Source: Paragordius varius
Lineage: Eukaryota; Animalia; Nematomorpha
Length of the DNA: 64,000 bases
Direction of reading: 5' to 3'
Assembly (NCBI GenBank): GCA_964247055.1
Contig: OZ176054.1
Span: forward strand, 3,720,001-3,784,000
The position numbers and the translations under genes are program-made. Positions 43,266-57,158 of this stretch are shown in pieces (position 1 is the stretch's first letter; the number at the start of each line of letters is the position of its first letter). The notes under the pieces were generated by a model. It was given only the letters and a program-made list of their open reading frames with translations. It made no database searches and was not told the origin of the DNA.

Positions 43266-44679
43266 GTTAGAAATTTGGGGCAAAGTTAGCACCTGTTTAT
43301 CCGTGATATAAAAAGTAAAAAACTTAAATTTATTGAAAAAATGCGAAAATCTAAACTTCCATTTTTATTAGTTACATCGCAATAATGGTTAAATCATTAT
43401 TTAATTATGAAATTCATGATTTTTAAAGTATATGATTACATTTTGGGGTGGCGTTGTACCCGAGAGTAACTGTGTTTAAGTTGTTTTGGTCATAATTTAA
43501 TTATCTGTTATATGCAAATATATACTTTGTTTGTATATCATAATTTTCTGTGTTACATGCAAATTTGAAATACATACTTTGGTTGTATATCATAATTTTC
43601 TGCGTTATTTGAATTGTATTATTTTTATATTTTTTGGGTACCATGTAAATATTATATCCTTTGTTACTTGAAATTTTATTGTTATAATGCAAATTACGTA
43701 CAACTAAAATTAGTATTTATAAACCCTAAAAAAACCGAATAATTCATTTCACATTTCTTATATTATCTCCTCATCTTTACAAGTTAACATTATCAAACAT
43801 TGATCCCATAAAAAAAGCTTTTTTTTACAGTTTCCACTAGATCCAAAACTGGAATAGCTCCAACCCGATCCATACAAACTGATTTATAAAATTTAAAAAT
43901 GCTGCTAAAGTGTATGAAGCTTTTGAAAAGTTAGTTATTTATATTTTTTACCATAACTCTCCAAATCAGGTGGTAAAAATATCCCGATGAAATATATATT
44001 CTGATAGATAAATTGCATTCTCAGTGCTATATAATAAATTTTTTGCACTTTTGTGGTTATTGCTCGATCTCGTAAAATCGCAAAATTAGCGCAAATTATG
44101 TATGATAAAAAATTTTTTGGTAAAAGCTTAATGCTTTATTCCGAAAGATATTATAAGATATATGATATATATTTAAAAATTGAATTTTTGAAAAAATCTT
44201 AGTTTTGACATGTGTGTTTCGAAAGTACCAAATTTTTCACCCTTCTAAAATGAATTAGTTCTTTTGAAATAAACGCAAAAAGGCCGAGATTTTGCCTTAC
44301 TTATATTATTTGCACTTCAAGGGTATCCTTGAACACTTCAAGTTGATCCTTTAAATTTTTTGTTTTTTTAACTTTTTAATAAAATCGTTCATCTATTTTA
44401 TCATTTTTAACCTATTTTCTATTATTTTTAATTATATTAAATCAATATCAACTTTTAATCATTCACAAACCGTATATCTTTATTAATTTCTACAAAATTA
44501 TTTTAGATATTAATAAGATCTTAACACGTATTTAAAAAATATATAAGTTTTTTGGGTTGTTTTTACTAATTTTTCATTGAAATTTTAAAGTTAATAAATT
44601 TGCTAAATTTAAAAAAATTAGTTTGAAACAAACTTACAATTTTCTATTTGAGCTTAAAATTTAAGATTATAAACTCTGG

Positions 44680-45445
44680 TTTATTTTAGTATTCTACCAC
44701 CGATTTAATTTGGGGTCTTGGTGACCCCAGGCCTATCAAAATTTTGAAAAATATGGAATAAGTTAATTATTGCAAAAGTTTGCACTATAACATTGATGCA
44801 CCGAAATTTAAATAAAAAATTAACCAAAAACTTAATATTTATTTAGATAAATCTGAAGGTTAAAATTTAGCCATGACATGTATGTATTAGTTAATATAAT
44901 AATAATGTAAAATAAACCAATTTTCTTGTTAATAATAATGTTAATATTTAGATAAACACATTTATTTCAATCCTTCGATTTGAATTGGGGTAACTACTGA
45001 CACCTGTATAAAATTAAATATTTCATAAAAGAAAAAATCGAAACCATGCCGAAATTGCACCTATATAACATTGATGACGAAATAAAAAAGATTCATCCAA
45101 AAAAACTTGAGATTTAATGAATAAATCAGAAGGTAAAAATTTGCCAACATGACATATATGCAGCCTAATATAAAAATATTTTCAAATAAACCTCCTTTTC
45201 TTTTTATATCAATGAAATGATTTTAATAAACAATTAACTTTTAGAATAAAAAACACGATATTTTGCAAAAATGTAATAAATGGCGTCGAAATAGTTTGGT
45301 GTGGAACTTTTTTCAAAACTAAATTTTAAATAGATATTTTGGCTTATTCAAATAACTTTTATTAAGATAAAAGCGTATATATTGGAACCGTATCTTTACA
45401 GTACTTTATAATATCAATTTAAATATGGTCTGTGATTTAGTTACC
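44680..45445 (+). mobile_element. Two adjacent old copies of the TTAA-target MITE family (about 44680-44930 truncated; about 44950-45445)
   Basis: Recognisable blocks TCCTTCGATT, AAACCATG, GAAGGTAAAAATTT, ATGGCGTCGAA, TTAGxTACCCCAATTT. Confidence 0.7.
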
Positions 45446-45479
45446 CCAATTTACTTTGCAGTCTTCAAAATTTATTTTT

Positions 45480-46100
45480 TAGCGAAATTCTGTTGAGGCG
45501 TACTTCAAACTATTAAGGCATACATTTCCACCATCTCAGAATTTTGATTAAAATATTCGTTGATCTTAAAAAATATGTTAAATATGTTTTTTACAAATAT
45601 TTACCGTTTAAAAGAAGAAACCACTTAATTAAAATTCTGAAATTTTCAACTAATTGAATTATATAGAAAAAAAGTTTATATAATATTTAAGTGTTGTTAA
45701 ACCGTTTCTACAATGCTTTCAAATATCATAATCGCCTCAACACAACTTTGCTATGAATCCTTTTAAGCAAAATATGCATTTTTCTGGAATATTTTTTATA
45801 TTTCAAATTTAGCATATATCTAAAATTTCGCCCTTTTGCTTTTAATTTTTACGAACTAGCCCACGGGTCCAAATAATTAAGACTTTCGGAGCTCATATCT
45901 AATTATTAAAATTTTATAAAATATTGTTTTGCTTTTTATTTTAGTGATATTATTTGGAATGAAGCATTTATCTTCTGCCAAAAAAAATTATTTAACAAAA
46001 TTGAAAATTTTGCCATTTTCTGTATGGAGCAGTTACCACAAAAGTGCAAATAACTCTTTTACATCAGTGATAAGCCCAAAAAAATGCACCATGATAATAC
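45480..46100 (+). repeat. Old dispersed repeat family (copies also at about 48410-49830, and inverted at about 43950-44110 and 61975-62480)
   Basis: Shared blocks TTGAxGCGTACTTCAAACTA, AAATTTAGCATATAT, GACTTTCxGAGC, GGAGCAxTTACCACAAAAGTG. Confidence 0.65.
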
Positions 46101-46620
46101 TGAAAATTTCCTATTAGATTTTATTAAGATAATTTTTTGTAGGAGACTATACAAATTTTTGCTTGTTGTAATAACGATATAAAAAATCCAAAGAAATAAA
46201 GCGTTGAAAAAGTTTGAGATTTTTACATCACATTTTTAAAAAATTAATAGTGAATTATGCGCCTAATAGGCTAAAAAATGCATATTTTTAGATTTGTTCC
46301 AATATCGTATATACTTTTTAAGATACTTGAATTAGCAATTCTTTTGTGTTACAAAACCATCCTTAAATAAGAATGGTTAATATTAAATTTTATTTTCACG
46401 TATAACGATTAAGCGATTTTTTTAAAAGTAACATGTTTGTTATATTTTTTACAATGATTTTTACATGTGACTTCCCTTTATTATATATAGTTTTCTGATA
46501 AAAAAAATCATTTCCGCCGCAAGAAATATTAATAACCTCCATGGATAAAAAAATTATTAATAATATCATGTAATAAGAATAGGGGACGTTTTATTTATTT
46601 TAATATCATCCATATCTATC

Positions 46621-49600
46621 TCATTTTTCGTTATAAATTATGGAATTGATCCATGCTAGATGTTTTCTTACATCAGTAAAAAGCGGTGGGATTCCGATAT
46701 TGTAACCAGTTTCGTCAATTTGATAAGATGTAATACCAAATATTTTCCAGACATTATTGACTTGGCAAGCTAAAGGGCCACCAGAATCTCTCTAAGGTTA
46801 ACAAATACAATTTCAAAGCGCGATTTTATATATTGGAAAAATATAGAAATATGGTCATATTTTTAGAAATTGAAAAAAATTCCGCCATTTATATGTATAT
46901 AATCGAATTATTTTATAAATAACACCCAGAGTTGAAAAAATTTTGTTGCACACTTTTGACTGACAAACGATTTCTAATTATTTGAATAATACATTTAATC
47001 AATAGCCTTAATTACATTTAACTTTGTCTCTTAAATAAAATTGAAAAATGATTTTTTTGGTAAAATAAATTATCTTATTAATGAAATTATATTTAAATTG
47101 TAAATGCAAATAGTTAAACCTTTGACTTTAAGGTGGAAATAAACCATATATAACATTAAGGATTATGAATCTTACAAAGCCAAAGCTTTTCAGGCCATTT
47201 CGATAACCAGCACAAACCATTCCATCCACACTCTCATTATATTTAGCATAAAGCATTTGGCACAATGGGTGGCCCACGATTGGCATACAAACTTCGTGAA
47301 CCGAAGATATTTTTCTAGTAGGCACTAAAATTAATATTTTTTTTGTTCAATAAATCAGATTTTAGATAAGATGATTATGCGCATTAATCACAACCACGCT
47401 TTTTATAGGGCAGTTTGGAGGTTGGCGAGTTAAAGAAATATGATTAATTTTCCATATATTTTCAAGGCATTAAGTATGTTTGGCGCCTTTAACTCTTCAT
47501 TTTATATACCCGTTTGGATTAGAAAAATACTGTATTTCAAGTAAAATCTGAATAGAAAATCTTTTTTACTAAAAAATAGTCTTACTTATCCAAAGATTTA
47601 GATAAACGTAGTCAAATTTATACCTTTCATATATATGGCTTTGTCAAATTTTGGGGTACGTAAAAAGTCAATTAAATTAAAGATAGGATTAATGAGAGGC
47701 TTTAAAAAGGGCAAATATACGAGACCAAACATGATATAAGAGAGGCAAAAAACCAATATCCCAAGCAGCTGATTATTTGGACAAATAAGAATAGGTGTGT
47801 GTTACTAGGAGCCTTAAATAATTAATCTGCTTTTGCTGGAAACAGGATGGATTGCAAAAGCTTCGGTTGAAATTTATGAATTTAAAATATACTAAAATTT
47901 GATTTCAATTTTTGTTAGATGTAAACTTTTAAGGTAATGTGACCAGATAGGCTGTTTTTCGCAGTACAGTGCTGGGTATTCAGAAAAAAACTGCGCCTGT
48001 ACTGTTCCCACTTTTGTACTGCTTTTTGAAATTAAAAAAATTTAATTTTTTATAATTAGATATTGATTACCTTTTATTTATTCAAAAAAATTATTAGAAT
48101 TTAATATACCTATGTAAAATAACCCCATAATTTGTAAAGAAATGGTTCATTTTTAGGTAAAAAACTAAGATTGGCCTGTTTTTAATTGGTTAATATTTTA
48201 TTTTCTGCTCGAAATATACGTAGAATTGGGATTTAAATTTGCAGCCTTTCGCTCTAGGCCAAACTATCTGTAAGCAGGGCTTCCGCAAAAAGAGATGCGT
48301 CAAAATTTAATACGAACATTAAATTATGATATTTCATAAATGTTTGATCTTTAGAAAGTTCATTTTTTGTTATGATCAAAGGGAAAATTATATAAAAAAT
48401 TGTATTCACGTATATTATTTAAAACTTATTATATATAGCATATGCTTTCGAAATAACCTGTTTTCGTATTAAATCATTAAGAGTTTTATGTTTTCTTTAC
48501 TCTATTAGGTGGGGGTATGATATTATTATTTTTTTTTCCTATAATTTTTTAGTTCTCTTATTTTTTGCATAAACAAATTTAGTTATTTTGTTGAAGCGTA
48601 CTTCAAACTATTTTGAAGCATGATGGAAACGGTATAACGCTTTGAGATATAATAAAACCCTTTTTCTAAAATGATTTGAACATTATTGAGAATTTTAATT
48701 TAACACTTCGATTCAAATTGGGGTATCTAAATACCCGAGACTAAATTGTTAGGATTTTAAAAAAACTATTAAATGAAACGGTCCCAATTAAAATTTTTGC
48801 TTCTATCCTAATAAAAATTATACAAATATGCCAAAATATCTAAATAAAATTTTGTTTTGAAAAAAAGTTCCATGTCAAACTACTTCGACGCTATTTTTAT
48901 TTACAAAATTTTTGCAAAATATCGTCTTTATTTAATTTTCAAGGTAGAATTTAAGCTATTTTTTTAATTAAATTACATCTATCATTGATAGAAATAGAAA
49001 AAGGGGTGTATTTATATTATTTTTCAATTTTACCACTGCACACATGTCACGTCGACCAAATTTTTACCTTTCGGTTTTAGCTTAAAATAAGTAATATCAA
49101 GTATTTTAAAATAAAAATTTTTATATATTTCCGTTTATTATATTAAATAAGTCCAAAATTTTGCCATGGTTTCGATTCCTTCCATATTTTTCAAAGAATT
49201 TAATTTTAAACAGGCCTGGGGTATTCTACGCTTATTTGATTCGAAGGACTAAAATGAATGTGTTGTATCCAAGTGTTAAAGGTTTGTTTGCTTGCAAATT
49301 TTGGCGAATTTATGTAAAAAATAACACATTAATTCTGAGGAAAAACGTATAGCATTATCGAATATATATATATATATAAACTGTTATAACATGTCAAACG
49401 CATCAACAAAATTTTGTTAAAATTTTTGAAAGTATGCATTTATTTAAAAAAATATTTAAGAGATATCAAAATTTAGCATATATTTTGCACAATGTCGGAA
49501 TTTTTGTGTTTTCTTTAAGACAAGAATCCATTAAAGCCAAAATATTTGGGACTTTCAGAGCCCACATCTAACAATTTAAAATTTATACATATATTATTTT

Positions 49601-52312
49601 GCTTTTTATATGCAGTTTATAATATATTTTATTGATATTTTTTGAAATAAAGCATTTAGTATTTGGAAAAATTGCACACCTTTTGCAATTTTATACGGAG
49701 CACTTACCACAAAAGTGTAAATAACTTTCTTTAATAACTCGTAAAGGTTAAAACCTAAAGCGTTATGATAATCCTGATATTTATCTATCAGAATATATAT
49801 TTTTCATCAGGATATTTTTTGTGAAAACTGTGTATTCACACCGATGGTGTAAAAACAGGGAATATTGTTTTAATTTTGTACTGCGTCAAAGTTTAGAAAT
49901 ATCTGGTCACATTATTTTAAGGCTCACCAAATTAGCTGCTATTTACTTAATTTAAATATTTGCCTAAATAATATAATCTTTGATGGTCATCTGTGAATTT
50001 TGAGTCAATATTTATAGTTAACAAGCAAAATTATTTCGTGACTTAGACTAGTTAGTTAGTTTAATAATATCCAGTGCTATTTAACAAATTAAAGTCTTCA
50101 TCTTACTGTTAACATATGTAGCATAAGCAGATTTAAAACGTAAACATATGATATTCATTGGGTGTTGTTACTTTACGGATCTATTAATATAAATTCCATC
50201 AGTTCGAAAAAAGCCAAAACTCTAATTCAGCAGTTTGGCTAAGTTTTTTCATCTCAGTAGCGTTTACACACAATTTTTCATTCTGTTAGTCCAACTTTCT
50301 TAACCATTCGAGTTTTGAAACGAACAATGAGCCCCCAAAACTTGTTACACTACATATTATAAATTTACCATTATTGAACGTAGTGAATCCGAATCCAGTT
50401 GTATAACAATCTTGTGAGTCCTGGAGAATATCCTTTTCATTAGGTAAGCAAATTGTGCCAGTTACTTTAGTTTCAGGTATATTTAACTCAAGTTCTATAA
50501 GGGCAATATCATTCATGGGTACATGATCATAAGTGTAATTGTATACAAAGCCGGGATGCTGACATATCCGTTTAACATTAATCGGAATTACATGTAGCGG
50601 ATCTGTGTGGCCGACAAATACGGTAACATCTTTTTCGGAACTAATAATTTTATGTAAGACATTATTTAAAAAAATATATTATGTTGGGTTTTTTTGTCCA
50701 TCCAAATTAATACAGGGTTTTTATTAGAAAGTTTATGATAATAGTTTTAAATCTGATAGAATCTGGATAGGCAGTTTTTCGCAATATTATTACCATAGTT
50801 AGCAATGGGTGAAAGCGAAACCTAATGTGGTGTTGGACAGGTTAGTCAGGACTTTCCCAGCATATGTTAGGTTAGAGAAAGTATAACCTTTCTTAATATC
50901 AAAATTAACATCCCATTATCATTGGGGAGTTGAGTATTTTAAAGTGTTTTCGAATTTGCCACACCTTAAAAACCCATTAGATTAGAATATAATAAGTTGA
51001 ATATACCTTATATTTTTTGCAACACTCATGAAATGAAAAATATTACGTGCGTATTTCAAAATTGTTTCTTTTTTATTATAATATAAAATATAAGAAAAAT
51101 TATTACCCATTCTTTACACAATGAGCGGCGGTTAGGACAAACTTTGGATGAAAGATAGTACCACCACAATCACTATTGATGATTACCTATATTTATTGAA
51201 AAAAATATTCCCATTTAATTTTGCACATAAAACCCAATTTAAAGTATTATCTTTCAAACGAAACGACTCTTTAATTTACTTATTTAATACAATAAAAACT
51301 TTATGAAACCAAATTTGCATCATGGAAGGATTGTTTATATAACAAACCCTAAACAAAATTAATGTTTTCCTCAAATGTTTTGTTCCCCTTTTGGTTATAT
51401 TTATAATTATATCTGACCTTAAATGGAGTGTCAAAAACTTACATTAATGTAATTTTTTATGTTTGTTCTACAGTACCTCACAGGGGCGTACCGAGGGGGG
51501 GTGCATCATGCCCCGGGCGCCGTTATTTAGGGGCGCCTAAATGATTTTTTTAAAATAAATTTTAATTAAAATAATAAGAACTTTCAATGAGATTTTTCAG
51601 CAATTTAGGTAATAATCCCTATTCACCTAATTAGTACCATTGAATAAATTTAGTATCATATAAATATATATATTTAATAGATTTAAAATTTATATGCTGT
51701 GGTGTTTAGGTTACAACGTTTGTATTTTTTTACTAAATTGTTTTATTGGCTTTAAAAAAAGGGGGGGGGGGGGGCGCCATAAAAGTTTTATTATGACCCG
51801 GGCGCCGCAAATGCTCGGTACGCCAGTACCTCATATATCAGAAAGCTTTAGAATACATCATATTATAGCATAGTATAAGATATACATTACTGACAAGTTG
51901 CTTTTGATAGCAATCCAATAACATTATTGAATGCACATATAACTGGTTTGACCCTAACATGTGCTTGATCAAAAATATTAAAATTTGGGGAGTACATAAA
52001 CGAATAATGTGTCATTAAACTGAAAATTTTAAGACACATTTATTTAATTTAGGTAAAATAAAATTTAACTACTCTTACATTAATTCTGCATTAGTTTGAT
52101 ATTTTTTATGATTGTTTAAAATAACAATAGATAGCACCCAACTTTTTTGAAATCAATCGATTTTGTGTATCTTACTAAAAATATAGAGTGAAATAAATAT
52201 TTAACCTGCCAAGGCCAAGTACCTAACCTTGATTTTCGACCTTGAACTATCCACTGACCTTCCTGGGTACAATTTGGTACGCTTATTCTATTCCAGGATA
52301 TACCACATAACT
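46621..52312 (-). CDS. Trypsin-fold (S1A) serine protease; exons 52312-52206, 51186-51107, 50640-50369, 47324-47176, 46791-46621; signal-peptide exon(s) not located
   Basis: Spliced translation ELCG...W-IVQG...WPWQ, CGGT...LTAAHC, NDIAL, ICLP, C..TGFG, MVCAG, RDSGGPLAC...GITSY...WI; catalytic H, D and S present; phases consistent. Confidence 0.9.
47935..49914 (-). mobile_element. hAT-type MITE expanded to 1980 bp by nested insertions, in a protease intron
   Basis: TIR TAATGTGACCAGATA at both ends; perfect 8-bp TSD TTTTAAGG (47927-47934, 49915-49922); outer parts are the reverse complement of 25888-26469. Confidence 0.9.
48704..49275 (-). mobile_element. TTAA-target MITE, 572 bp, inverted
   Basis: TTAA at 48700-48703 and 49276-49279; ends CACTTCGATTC and GTATCCAAGTG. 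Confidence 0.9.
51481..51825. mobile_element. hAT-type MITE in a protease intron
   Basis: Left TIR CAGGGGCGTACCGAG; right CTCGGTACGCCA lacking the terminal CTG; perfect 8-bp TSD GTACCTCA. Confidence 0.9.
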
Positions 52313-52915
52313 CTACAATCATTTTGTCAAACATATTATTATTCGCTATTCGCACTTCAAGTGTGTCTATGCATATTTCATGTTGGTTCTTGAAAACCTT
52401 CAAGTTGGTCGTTCAACCTTTTTATTTGTATTAATCAAATCGTGTATCTTTTCTCTTTATTCAGCCTAACTTTAAGATAAATATCAACTTTTTATCATCA
52501 GAAACCGAATATCTTAATTAATTTTTTATAATTTAATATGATTGTGAATTTAACAGGTAAACCATTTTTAAAGTTAATAATATTGTTGATTAAAAAATGA
52601 TTGTAAATCAAAAAATTTTGAATAAAAATATTGATTTTAGGATGAATATATTATAAAAAATATTCAAGGCAAAAAATAATAAAATAAATAAAAACATGCA
52701 AAAATTATGAATAAAGATTTAAGGATAAACTCGAAGTGTTTAAGGACACTCTTAAAATGTTCAACGACCACTTTTTCAAAGACACGCTTTAAGTGCAAAT
52801 GGTGTATCTTATTAAAATTAACCATCCGTTCATATTTTACAAGACTGAATATTTTCATAATATCTATTGAAATAAATATGTTTCATTCTCCTCAAAAAGG
52901 TGCAGCTATGCTAAA

Positions 52916-53152
52916 AAAGGGTCTCCAACATAAATGGCATCGCGGGCAGAATTTTTAACTCAAAGAACCCTGAGGGCCACATTCGAATTATATATGGGCA
53001 CTAAATTATAAGTTATTAGGCTTTAAACATACGAATGTAATATGCAAACACAAAATTTTTTCTAGTTTAAAAAATATCAATTTACTTTTGAATATATTTT
53101 GGCAAATTACAGATTTTTGATTTTCTTGCGGGCGAGTGTGGAACATCTCTGG
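52916..53152. mobile_element. Degenerate hAT-Charlie-like MITE (family of 61556)
   Basis: Left end AAGGGTCTCCAACATAAATGGCATCGCGGGC and internal ATATATGGGCA match the 61556 copy; TSD not clear. Confidence 0.55.
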
Positions 53153-54393
53153 TATAAATCGTTTAAGCTTTTTTTATTTACGTTTCCAAATTTTAAAATC
53201 ACATTTTTTAAATAAATAAGTGTAAACGCAAAGGGTTAAAAATATTTCTCATATGCTATATCTCAAAGTCTTATATTATTGTAGCTATTTAAAGTTTCCT
53301 GTAAACAATTAAAAAAATGCTCTTTATGTTAATTATAAACTAATTTGGTGGACAGTCTTTGAAAATCTTTCATAAAAAAAATAATTTTTTAAATATTAAT
53401 ACAATTATACTAGGGGTATTAGTATACAAAACAAAAATTATATTTTTATATGATCCTTTAACATAAATAAAAAAATATTAAATGATAAATACCATAACCA
53501 GGGAGCAAAATAATTAAAATTGGGATTGTAATTGCGACCAGCATTAAAATATGAATGGACAACATTTTTAACAAAAAATATAATGAAAAAATATCAATAG
53601 CCCATTATAGTACTAGAATTGCAAATATTTGTACTAAAAAGATAATATCAAACTATTATTAAATTTTTAGTTGTCTTACCTCGAAATACATGATTTTTTA
53701 CTTTCGAGAGTCGGTTTATAGATACAATATATTCAAGGTTTTAACTGTTCAAACATCCTATTTTCATTTATTGATTTATCTATCATATAAAATATACTCG
53801 TTTCTTAAATATCGTAAACTTATTTTTAGTTTTGTATCTATCTAGATGTCCCCTGTCTTGTGTCATTAGGAAGAGATGAGCACAACTTAATTAATATATT
53901 GTATTTTGTATTCATAAAAATTTAGGCTCTATAAGAATAAAAATAAAGCGGATGTTTCCAAACGAAGTAGGGATTCAATTGTTTTTTTTTCGAGAGATAA
54001 TGATATTGTTATACTCGCGACGCCGAACAAACGCTTGTTTCTTACATCTCATTCGTTAAAGGTATGATTGCTCATTTATATTTGAAATCTTTGCCATTTA
54101 TATGATATTTAAAACACAGAATATGGTTGTGAGATGACCGTGTGGCTGTTACCGCTTATAACAATAGTCAAACTTCACATATTTTATTAAATTTGATCTA
54201 AAATTTTAATAACATAAATTTGAATTGACTTATTATTATAAATAAAAAAATTATATTGTAAGCGGTAAACTTCTTTTTGTTTGGTGTATGTCAACAAATA
54301 TACATTTATGGTAATAATACAAGCACCCTGTTATTTTTTAACCGTTTAAAAATTCAACCTTATACAAAATACATGTTTAAATCGTTGTATTAA

Positions 54394-54965
54394 CACTTGG
54401 ATACAACACACTCATTTTAATCCCTCGATTCAAATTGAGGTAGTTGGATACCCCAGGCCTGTTTAAATCAAATACTTTAAAAAGTAGGAAAGGAATCAAA
54501 ACAATGGCAAAATTTTGCACTTATATAACATTAATAAACCCAAATATATAAAAAAATTTATTCAAAAATACTTGATATTACTTATTTTAATCTAAAATCG
54601 AAAGGTAAAAATTTAGTCAACGTGACATGTGTCCAATGGTAAAATTGAAAAATAATACAAAATAAACCGCTTTTTCTATTTTAATCAATGTTAGATGTAA
54701 TTTAACTATTAGTTTTAATTTTACTCTTAAAATTATATGAAGACGATATTTTGCAAAAATTTTGCAAAATAAAAATGGCGTCCAAGTAGTTTGAAATAAA
54801 ACTTTTTTTCAAAACAAAATTTTATTTAGATATTTTAGCTTATTTATATATTTTATTAGGATAGAAGCAAAAATTCAAATTAAAACCGTTTCCTTCAGTA
54901 GTTTTTTAAAATTTTAACTTTAATTTAGTCTGGGGTATTTAGATACCCCAAATTGAATCGAAGTG
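54394..54965 (+). mobile_element. TTAA-target MITE, 572 bp, best-preserved copy
   Basis: TTAA at 54390-54393 and 54966-54969; ends CACTTGGATAC and GAATCGAAGTG. Confidence 0.9.
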
Positions 54966-55745
54966 TTAAAAATGGTGCAAAGTTACATATTAATTTTATC
55001 CAATATAATTTTATAAATACAAACATGATGTCTATGATATTGAAAAATGCGAAATTGAGGGGTAGGATTTTAGGGTCACTATCAAGGCATTACTTTGCCT
55101 TATAACACATTGAAACTCTGGGTTTGATGATTAGATTTCATATTTAATATGCTACGTTTATGAATTAGTATGATAATGAATAAAGAGTTATTTAAACATC
55201 ATTTGTGAAAACTTTTGTTTTTACTAGGTCACACATGAGATCTTAAGCACTTATGCCATGGTTAATCTCTAACAATTTGCTTTTAATAAATGTTTTAAAA
55301 TATTATAGGATCCTTTAAATATCTTTATTTATCATATCAAAAATTATTTGGTTTAAAATTACCATATATTAAAAATTTAAATTTTATTTTGAGATGTGTA
55401 TAGAATGCTGCGACTTCCTAATGAGCGTTGCTAATCCACCAATTTTAAAAGCATTACATAATACAGAGCTAATTCCTCACATTGCTGTGTGATTGGATTT
55501 GCGAAATTTCACACCCGAGACACAAACCTATACGGTCAGATTTCAATCGCGAACAAGTGTTTATCGTAATATCTCAATATAAAATTGCAACAAATATAAA
55601 GTATTACACTGTGCGAGCAAAATAGAGAATTGGTTAAGTATTGAATTCGCAACGGCAACTAGGTAATTAGGATAAAAGTTATATTTATCCTGCATTTAGT
55701 TAACAACAAACAACATCTTTGTACATCAAACAAATTGATCTAAAG

Positions 55746-56027
55746 AAGGAGTGGCCAACACGTGGCCCTCCAAAATATTTATGCAGCCCGCGAGAAATCT
55801 AAATGCAAATTTATCGAGTTCTACTTAAAATTAATTTTTTTAGCTAATTTTCTGAATAAGTCTTTCCGAATTCTGGCAATGAGCTATCAAAAATTGTAAA
55901 ATAATCAGTGGTTTTTGCAATAATAAATTAAATGAAATGTTTATTGATGCCCATCTATTTTGCGAATGCGGCCAGTCGTTTTTTGATGCATAAATGCAGT
56001 CCGCGCCATTTCTGTTGTATACCCCTG
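55746..56027. mobile_element. hAT-Charlie-like MITE, 282 bp
   Basis: Ends AAGGAGTGGCCAAC and GTTGTATACCCCTG; TSD ATCTAAAG/ATCTAAAA fits the NTCTAGAN-type Charlie target; inverted relative of the 61556 copy. Confidence 0.78.
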
Positions 56028-57158
56028 ATCTAAAACAAAATGGCTTAGATTTTATTACTTAAAAGATAAAGAGTATTGTAAAAGCGAAATAATATTTTTT
56101 AAGTTTATAAATTTTTTATACATACTTTTAAATGATAAGCACAAATTTTATTGAACTCTAACTACTAAAATATTTATAGGAAGTAAAAACGTTTGATTAT
56201 ATCAATATATAGAATTCCCTTTATTTTACCAATAATAATAGGGTAGATTCGTGGAAGTGTCAGTTTTTGTTAAAACATTTAATAAAATTATACAATTCAC
56301 TGCAATAAAAATGTGTCGACAGATTTTTTATCATTTTGAAATTTTTTATAACCCAAAATTGAGAATAAATTAGGTTCCTCCACTATAATTTTTATTTCAA
56401 GATCTCCGGAAATGTTTTTCCACCGTGAACTGTAATAAGTGTTTCATTGTACAAAGTTTTTAACAATATTGTACATATGATATAAAAAAAAATTTTAACA
56501 AGAGCGGCGCTGTTAAAACATTTGATTAGGGGCCCCCATTGAAATAATTTATTTTGATAAAAAACTATTTAATTGATATTTTATTACACAGCGTTGTTAT
56601 AAACATGTTTTGTTAAATGTTTAAAATTTTTTACTAGACATAATCCGCTTACATTTTATAAAATTATTATGATAAATTTCGAAGTACAGATTTCCTCGAC
56701 CAGCTTTATTTTTAAGGAAATTTGTTTGGAGGGATCAGAACCGGACCAGTTTTTTAATTAATAATTGGATTCATTGCGCCTAAAGAATTAGATTGGTGAC
56801 TAGTTTTGATATAATTTCAGGAATCTTTAGTCGCCAAATTCTCTATTTTAGGCCCTGGAAAAAAAACAGATTCTTAGAGACATGAATTATCTTTTTTTCA
56901 TTTTATTTAAAAATATAATTATTTATTTATGAAAAGGATATTTTTTAGAATAACGTCATAATAGTATTTTTATTTTCAATTTGAGAATGTTTAATCGAGT
57001 GGGAAAGGTATGGTATACCTACCCATCTCTTATCGATCTTTTTACCAAAAACATTGATTTTTACCTTCTCCGAATATTAGAAATAGTTAGATCCTATTCC
57101 TTACATATCCATAACATATTTCCTATTCACATTCTTTCATTCGAAGGACATTCTGCTA

